Source: Nemertoderma westbladi
Taxonomy: Eukaryota; Animalia; Xenacoelomorpha
Direction of reading: 5' to 3'
Assembly (NCBI GenBank): GCA_032718475.1
Contig: JAUCBJ010004820.1
Span: forward strand, 1-43,929
Length of the DNA stretch: 43,929 bases
Shown here: positions 35,748-43,929 of the stretch, piece by piece
How positions within the stretch are numbered: the stretch's first letter is position 1
Layout of the letters: each line of letters starts with the position of its first letter
Notes under the pieces: model-generated
Databases searched by the model: none
What the model was told of the DNA's origin: nothing
What the model saw: the letters and a program-made list of their open reading frames with translations, nothing else
Translations under genes and position numbers: made by a program

Positions 35748-38700
35748 TGTCAGGTCAGATCAGGTCAGGTCAGGTATTCCAGGTTATTGATCAAGAAAAC
35801 TTGCCACCTCCATGCAGCATAAAGGAGGTGCCACCTGTAGCTGCATAGACCCTCTTACTAGGGCAAATCTGGTCCTGTAACTAGGACCCCCTTTGTTCTG
35901 GGATAAGGACGCCCTTGGTCCTGGATTAAGGACCCATATACTTGGCTGCAGGGGTATATGGCCTGGCCTGGCAGATCGTGATCTACCAATGGCTGGTCAG
36001 GAGTAGAGTGTTCTCATGTCCACTCTGAGTGCACTTCACTGCGACCTGCACCTGGCAGCAGGGGTACAGGGCATGACCCAGCAGATGAGCTGCACAGCCA
36101 ATGGTGGGCCATGTGCACCAGAGTAGATATGGGTGATGGGCCTCATATCTGACTCCACTGCGACACCCACCCTGTGGAATGGCAAACCAGGGTGTGGTCT
36201 TTGCCCCGAGAGCTGACTCGGCAAAAAAGCACCCCCCAACCCCCACTATGGATTACATTAGTAATGCGGAGGTCCGGCCACTAGAGGCCAGTGGAATGAC
36301 CGGACACAATCGGCCTCACAGGCGTCTGTTATCTCCTGACCGGCTGTCAGTCTTACCCCCTACTGGAGAGAGAGCGGCAAACAATTCTTTGAGTCTCTTT
36401 CCTGATGACCTTTCTGACCCAAACCTTGGGTCGCCAGGGAGGCCAGATTGTGAGGGGGAGAGGGATTCTGGAGTTGGAGGCTACTCTCATGTTCCACCAC
36501 GACCAACAAAGCCATTGGTGAATCTGAGGCAAGTCACTAGACTAGCCTCAGTAAACACCCTAACACTCGGGTCCCCAATGCGACAAGGTGAGCTGACTGC
36601 CTTGGCAGATAAGCTTTCTCTTAGAGCAGTGGGTGTTCAAGAGCACCGAATGCAGACTGGACAGACTGATGAGGTTCTGATTAAGGACATGGGGGCGGTT
36701 GGCGACTCGCCCTCGCGTCAGCAGATGATAGTGGCAATGGTGGAATTGGTCTATTGATGAATCCAACTGCACATGCAGCATTGGAAAAAATAGACCAAAT
36801 CTCTAACCGCATCATCCGTTGCCACTTCTCATGTTCAGGAAGACTGGCTAAGAAGTTTCCTAAGGTGGTTCTGATTGTGTGCTACTCTCCAACTAGTTTT
36901 GCCCCTGTAGAGGAGGTGGAAAATTTCTACCATAATCTACAAGCAGCTACTGATGAAGTGGATCAGCATGCATTCTTAACATTCCTGGGAGACTTTAATG
37001 CAAGTCTGCATCAATCACCTACATCGCCCTGGGTTTACAGCAATAGTGTTAACCGAAATTCCGTCCATCTTCAGGATTTTATCTCTGGAAATGGATTGTT
37101 TTCGGCTGGAACCCAGTTCAAGAAGCGAACTGGAAAGCTATGGACTCATAGTGGACCCAGTGGTCACAAGTCCCAGATAGACCATATCCTGTTTCGTAGG
37201 AAATACAGGAGCTCTATACAAGAATGTAATGCATTTACACTTCGACCCTTCTCCAGTGATCACCGCCTTATTGTGGCCAATGTAAGACTTAGTCTGCGTG
37301 CTAGCAGAACAACGAATCCTGCCTTGCCGAGGCATGACTGGTCCTCTCTGTTGCAACAGCCAAGTGTGAGATCCAGCTTCACACTACAGCTGAGCAACAG
37401 GTATGAGGTTCTTGCCTCTGAGGCGGCAGATCACTGTGAGGGCTATACTGCCTTCACAGAGGCAGTTAAGTTAGCAGCTGCAGAAACAGTTCCTGTATAC
37501 CCTCAAAACAGGAAACAGGCCCCCTGGACTGACAACAAAATTCAGAAGTGCCGAAATGACCTCTACAAGGCGCAGAAAGAGTCCCGACTCTAACAGACTA
37601 CAGCGGCCAAGAATGCAGTTAAGGCTGCATCTAGGTCCCTGAACAGGCATTACGCTGTTAATTTACAGGAGCTAATAAACCAACAGGTTGATGCCATCAA
37701 TGATGCTGACGACAGCAGGCAATCATCCCAGGCATGGAAATCGATCAACTTGCTTACTGGTCGGAAAAGCCAACCAACCACCAAGGTTAAGGCTGAATCA
37801 CCAGCCGATCGCCTCAATGGTTGGAAGGCCCACTTTGAAAAGCTCCTCAATAATGACAGCGTATTGCCTGATAACTTTATAGAAGTAAAAGTGTCTGAGT
37901 CTGTACTCCCAGATATTCCCAATGGTGATATCTCCTTTGCAGAAGTGAAGGCTGCTGCAAAGAGCATTAAGACCAATCGTGCCAGTGGAGTAGGTGGTGT
38001 TCCCCCTGAGGTCTTTAAAATACCTGAGTGTTTAAAGCTCATCTATCCCATCATAGTAGACATGTACCGAACAACAAGAGTCCCACAAGAAATGAAAACA
38101 AATAAGTTGGTGCCAGTTCCCAAGAAGGGCAATCTAACACTCTATGGTTCTTTTCGGGGAATCTCATTGATCTCGATTGCTGCAAAGCTATACAATAGAA
38201 TTCTATTAAATCGCATCAGGGATCCCATTGAGAGACTGCTCCGTGGAAATCAGAATGGGTTCCGTAAAGGTCGTGGGACCATGGAGCCCATTTTGGCACT
38301 TAGAAGGATAATTGAAGAGTTATCAAAAAAGAAAGACAGGCATCTGGCTGTTATCCTCGTTGACTTCTTCAAGGCCTTTGATTCATTCTCTCGCTCACGT
38401 ATGTTCAGCATACATTCATTATATGGGATTCCTGATGAAATTATTGCAGCAATCAGATCAGTATACGATGGTTCGACAACATTTGTGTCTACTGTTGACG
38501 GTGACACCGAACCATTTGAAGTGTTATGGGGCGTCCTCCAGGGAGACACACTTGCACCATTCTTGTTCATAATTGTTGTTGACTATGTTCTACGCATGTC
38601 CTTAGATCATCATAATGATGATGGGGTGATGATAACTCCACCTACTGGCTCCAGAAGTCGAGGAAATCCTGCCAAGTACCTAACTGATCTAGAATTTGCT

Positions 38701-39536
38701 GATGACTTAGGAGTACTCTAAGAATCACTAGAGGGAGCCCAACGGCTCCTCAGCTCATTAGAACATGCTGCTTCTAGTGTTGGTCTTTTTATTAACTCCA
38801 GAAAGACCAAAATTTTGACAGTTAACTTTGAAAGTTCTCAGCAAGTCTCTGATCGGATGAGCATAAGCTCAAAGGATGGTATGCTTGAGCATGTGGACGA
38901 CTTCTGTTACCTGGGATCATGGATCCGGAAGTCAGGTGAGGACCTTCGAATACGTAAGTGAAAGGCATGGGCAGCCTTGAATAGGCTTTCCAGGATTTGG
39001 AAGTCACCGAGAATTAATTGGAAACTTAAGGTCCGATTATTTAGAGCAGCATTAGTTCCAGTACTCCTCTATGGGAGTCCATGCTGGGATCTAACTGCTG
39101 AGGATACCAAATCTCTGGATGGCACATTCACAAGAATGCTACGCCGGTTTCATTGTGTCAAGTACAATGCACACATCTCCAACCAGACACTATATAACAT
39201 TGGAGGTGTCTCATTGGTTCCCCCAAGCTTGACACTACAACAAAATCTCCTCCGCTTTGCAGGACATTGCTTTCGCCGTGAGGACCAGCCAGTGCATAAT
39301 CTTGTACTTTGGCAGCCTCATGGAGTGAATAAGCATGGTGGACAGCCCATGACTTTCTTGAGACGAATCTTAAAGGATACTGGTCTTGAAGATGCGGATG
39401 ATCTAGCAAATGTCATGGGTGATAGGGAGTTGTGGCGGCGCAATTTTGTCGACAAGCCGGCACAGCATTCTTAAAAATGCAGCTGCAATGCAGCATGCCG
39501 ATACTATGTAGTAGTAGTAGTAGTAGTACTAGTAGT
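35748..39536 (+). mobile_element. RTE-like non-LTR retrotransposon, family B, apparently full length but with stops and frameshifts
   Basis: (GGTCA)n start, GC-rich 5' UTR, APE motifs (VGVQE, CYSPT, GDFNA, QIDH, SDH), RT motifs QNGFR/QGDTLAP/FADD/YLGS, LRFAGHC, (TAG)n tail at 39509-39536. Confidence 0.92.
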
Positions 39537-39539
39537 AAT

Positions 39540-39683
39540 AAATGAGTTGGAGTTGAGCTGTTAATGCAACTGTAATTAAAGATGTAATATAATGGTTTTG
39601 TTCAGTTTTTTCCACTTCTGAACAAAACCATTATATTACATCTTTAATTACAGTTGCATTAACAGCTCAACTCCAACTCATTT
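39540..39683. repeat. Perfect 66-bp inverted repeat with 12-nt spacer
   Basis: 39540-39605 is the reverse complement of 39618-39683. Confidence 0.95.
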
Positions 39684-40075
39684 TTTAAAGTTTAAGGAAC
39701 AAATCAAACCTTCCCACTATTTTAGATAATAACTGCTTAGTTTTGAAATCTCCGTTAAATTCGGCACATGATCTAGGATAAAAAAAGCTTTTTGACAATT
39801 TCCAAAATAGAGGGGTGCTACCCCCCCCCCCCCCCCCCTTAATTACATAATAAATGGGTTTTTAAGATCCTGTTTATAATGTATGCCATAACTGTTAAAT
39901 CTGATGAAAAGGAGATAAATACAATGTTTGGATATTTCGTTTTTTAGACATTGTTTGAAAGAGCAAGTGAAAAAAACCCAGAGATTTTGCTTAAAAAATT
40001 ATAATAATAGCTGATTTCAAAACGCAAAAAGTCTCACCCACCAGTATCTTGTTTATATTTCAGATGTGTGTTTAT

Positions 40076-41272
40076 TAGGGCGGTGCGTTTTTTACTTTTT
40101 TTTCGATTTCGTTGTTCTACCGGTGCGGAAAGTTGCCAAATGGTAAAAGATTAAGGCAAAAAAAATTCTCTAAATTTCATCGATATCTTGACGGATCCCA
40201 AGGCGGTTGAAATTTTGAGCCTTCGCGATGCACCACAATTAAATTTATAACAATAAAACACATTAATGAAATATCAATGACCCAAGAAAGAACTTCCTGC
40301 ATGCATCAAATGTCATCAAATGGGTCCAAACTTAGTTTGATACCAAAATTTTAACTTTTGGATCAAGGGAACTAGTGCCACAGACCCATGGACAGAACCT
40401 ACCATTTGGCGCAAGTGATGATACTTCTCAATTTTCGCGATGGCCAACTTTGAATTATCATACTGCATTAATATTATGTTCATTAGAACCACAATAGCCG
40501 ATTTAGTGGGGGTAGACAACTTCAAAACAAGCGTAGAGCTAATACTTCTTGAGATATCGCAGAAAATGTGAAGTCCGACACAAGTCTTCATTACCGCCTT
40601 GATGCGATATGGACAAATCCTCAAAAAATTTTATTTTGAATTATCTCAAGGAACCAAGAATAGACACATCACAGAAATAGTAGTGTAGTGGGTGTAGACA
40701 CCTTTAAAATAAGAATAGAGTCATTAGTTCTTGAGTTATTTTACAAAATGTCAAGACTATATCCACCAATTAATACTTGATATTCAGTTGACCCATTCCA
40801 CACATTTTGTACAAAAACTATAGTCAATTAATCACTACTCTTTAATTTTGAAGGTCTCTATATACACTAAATCAATTTGTTGCAGCGATGTGTCTATTCT
40901 TGATTTAGACAAATTGATTTAGTGTATATAGAGACCTTCAAAATGGTAGGTTCTGTCCATGTGCCTGTGGCACTAGTTACCTTGATCCAAAAATTAAAAT
41001 TTTGGTTTCTAACTAAGTTTGGACCCATTTGATGACATTTGATGCATGCAGGAAGTTCTTTCTTGAGTCATTGATCTTTCATTAATGTGTTATATTGCAA
41101 TAAATTTCATTATGGTGCATCGCGAAGGCTTAAAATTTCAACCCTCTTGGGATCCGTGAAGATATAGACGAAATTTAATGAAATTTTTTTGCCTTATTTT
41201 TTTACCATTTGGCAACTTTTGTGCACCGGTAGAACAATGAAATCGAAAAAAAGTAAAAAACGCACCGCCCTA
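40076..41272. mobile_element. hAT-like non-autonomous element with ~330-bp TIRs
   Basis: TAGGGCGGTGCG...CGCACCGCCCTA; perfect 8-bp TSD gtgtttat (40068-40075 and 41273-41280); arms ~40076-40407 and ~40941-41272. Confidence 0.92.
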
Positions 41273-41655
41273 GTGTTTATAAGATATCAAAATGTATCGG
41301 AAAGAACTCCTTGTCAATAATATATTTTCTGCCTTCGTGTACTGAGTGATATAATATAAATAAACTATAAATAAATAAACTTTTACAAAACTGAACATTC
41401 TTACAGGTTAGTTTTAGTTGAAATTCCTATCAATTGGAAATCTCTCCATGGTGATTTATTATAAGATATACAGTACAGTAAGATATAAAAACATTTGGAA
41501 AATTTCTCCAGAACTACAAAAGTTTAAATAATTACAGAAAATCACAACAATTATTTTGAGAAAGAAACACTTTACAGTTTGGTCTATAGCTTTATGAGAT
41601 TCGTTTTTAACTGTATAACGCAATCGCATGAGAGTTTGACATAAAGTACTGTATG

Positions 41656-42584
41656 TTAATAGATATTGTAGTTACTCCTGGTGACTGGCGGCCGCACAGA
41701 CCTGTACCCGTAATTAATCTTAGGAACAGACTTCACCGTTCTCTCCCATGTCACTGGTACAGGTATAGAATAATCAACATCAGAGGCAATATCATCATTA
41801 TCTGAGTCTATTACGTGATTGCTTACTTCTTGATTCTTAATGTTCGTTGCTTTGTTAATATCGTGCGACCGTCTGCTATCGTTTGTATGTCCAGCTGATT
41901 CCATATGGTCTTTGATGTCGCCATCATCATTAGCATCGCCTTTTATAATCCTCCGCTTGGAAGTGACGTCACATTTGTTCCTCACCGTTACGAACCCACG
42001 GTCGTCTTCGTGTGATGTAGTTCCACTTACGATACTGACGCTTTTCCCCAGACTACTATCAGATTCATAAGGAGTACTCGGATTTTGTTGTTGACCAAAC
42101 CTGGTACTATTTTGTTGCCCGGAAATATCTTTGTTATTTTCAATATGAATATGGCTGTCTCTATGTTTTCTATCTTGGACATTCATTTTACCAGATTCAT
42201 TATAATTTAATTTACTATTTCTTATTGAATCGGAGTGGGACGATTGCGATCGTGGGGTCGATACCTTACTGTTTCCTGATTCGTTATCGTTCGGTTTATT
42301 TCGGTTTCTCTCAATAACAGCTTTCACCACTCCGAAGAAGGAGAGTTTGGTTTGTGGGTCAAGGGTTTTCGGCGCCGGATTATGTTTTTGTTGGCTGCGT
42401 CTTTGTCTGGACCACTCGGTAGCACGGCGGATCGCTATCGATGGGGGAGGGGCGGTTGGGTCTCGAGGAGGTCCCGACCCACGGTGTTGGATTACGGAAC
42501 AGTTGGGTCTCTTAATGCTCGTGTAAACAGTTCTACCTTTACCCTTCTTACCTATCTCTTGTAGTGAGTCCGGCATGGTTATCT
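41656..42584 (-). CDS. Low-complexity hydrophilic ORF, probably the terminal exon of an unidentified host gene
   Basis: 306-aa open frame in AT-rich DNA; acceptor-like ttcacccctAG just upstream (exon start 42584); AATAAA at 41455-41460; no family recognised. Confidence 0.6.
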
Positions 42585-42901
42585 CTAGGGGTGAAATTCA
42601 ATAGGTTATAAATTATAAAGTAAACAACATCCGTTCATTTCATGTAAATAAAATATTAAATTATTTATTTAATTTTATTAATATTTAACTCAGTCTCCAA
42701 TCCAATTTATGTCACTCTCAACTCCAATCTAAATGCAGTTCAATCTTACAGTACAGTATCTATCACTGAATAAATAAATTACTTTGTTACTAGACAGTAA
42801 TAATTACTAATCATCGTATACGTTTTGTGATTAGTAGGCCTACAGTGTGCGGTTTACTTACTGTATAATGCAGTATAGGCCTACCGTGTTAAATACTCAG
42901 A

Positions 42902-43106
42902 TAGGGGGGATACTGGACACAATATAAATGCATCCCTCTCCAGGGGAAATTGGACGCAATACTCTCAGAAATAAAACTGTAACCTGTTCTTTTGTGTTTA
43001 GTTTATTGTTTTGGTTAAAATAATGTGCTTTCCCGAAATAGAGAATTTAACATTGATGCGGGATATTAATTCGCCAATGCGGGTTTTGCGTCCAGTTTTC
43101 CCCCTA
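42902..43106. mobile_element. ~205-bp MITE, Tc1/mariner-like (TA ends)
   Basis: taggggggatactggacaca versus reverse complement tagggggaaaactggacgca; internal subrepeat at 42941. Confidence 0.55.
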
Positions 43107-43929
43107 TCTCTAAATATTATCAATAAATCAGCTACGAATAGTGAATAACATTAAATTAATACTGCAAGTATAAATGGATTCTTCAGATTATGATTGTAAA
43201 TTATGACCAAGTTTGTTAAGTGTGAATGGGAATAGGCATAAGGGAACGTAAATAAACTGTAAGCGCCTAATACTAACCCTAATTCCTTATGCTGAGCTAT
43301 AGCGAGTTACGTATTGGGAACAGCAGATGGTCGGAATATATCGATCCATAAACTCCAGGGAAGTTTAAACGGGAGGAAGCTGTTACAGTTGGCTGGCTGT
43401 TTATTATTATGACTAGCTACAGTAATTATGGGTGACCAACTAAAAGTATATTATAGGCTACTACTGATATATTCAGCCTGGTAACAAACCCTTGTTTCTC
43501 TCACATTAACTCGCTTACTATCCTTAGGCGCACCTGCGACTCATAAATTTATATGGCAGATCACGTTGGTTATATGCAAAAGAAGACGTGGTCATTGGGT
43601 AAAATAACGTGAGACGACAAAATTATATTGTTGACAAATAAAAACTAAAATATAGCGAATCATCATTTGACGGATAAGACAACTTTATTTTTTTTGTTGT
43701 TGTCCACCAATTTTGTTTCCAGAGCAGCGGAAATTTATCTCTTCATTTAATACGTTTTATTATTATCATTTGAATGGTACAAAATTGTAAAGCTATTGTA
43801 ACACAAGTTATCTATTAAACGGCTGCATTTAACCCTGTCCATCATCTTTGTCGACCCAAAAAAACCATGCTCCCAAAAATTTGTATATTGGTCTACTTTT
43901 TTTTGCAATATTTACATAACTGTATGCTA

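Noticed and set aside
35421-38710. Hammerhead ribozyme cores (CTGATGA at ~35421, 36402, 36950, 38432, 38699)
   Set aside because: All lie in coding remnants, and I saw no properly placed stem II plus GAAA

Overview
AT-rich eukaryotic (probably invertebrate animal) genomic DNA dominated by mobile elements; I found no prokaryotic operons, rRNA, tRNA or CRISPR. There are three host-like coding regions, all on the minus strand. (1) An uninterrupted ORF at 16220-18364 joins a Pro/Gln-rich repeat N-terminus to four divergent cold-shock (OB-fold)-like domains; the 5' end of a second paralog lies at the window start, inside a segmental duplication offset by ~18.2 kb. (2) A class I SAM-dependent methyltransferase (23476-24366). 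(3) A low-complexity ORF, probably a terminal exon (41656-42584). Mobile elements include two RTE-like APE-RT LINE families with (TAG)n tails (family A has long target-site duplications) and a CR1/L2-like remnant. There is also a Ty3/gypsy integrase remnant, an LTR plus gag-like remnant with a Tf1/sushi-like self-priming structure, and an IS3EU-like DNA transposon remnant next to a decayed HECT E3 ligase. Two hAT non-autonomous elements, Kolobok-like ends, Helentron-associated (HINE-like) elements and three palindrome-containing tandem arrays make up the rest. The best candidates for something new are the duplicated multi-CSD gene, the integrase+HECT element, the bipartite self-priming LTR and a duplicated structured module in a LINE 5' UTR. 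All family assignments come from motif recognition by eye, not from database searches.
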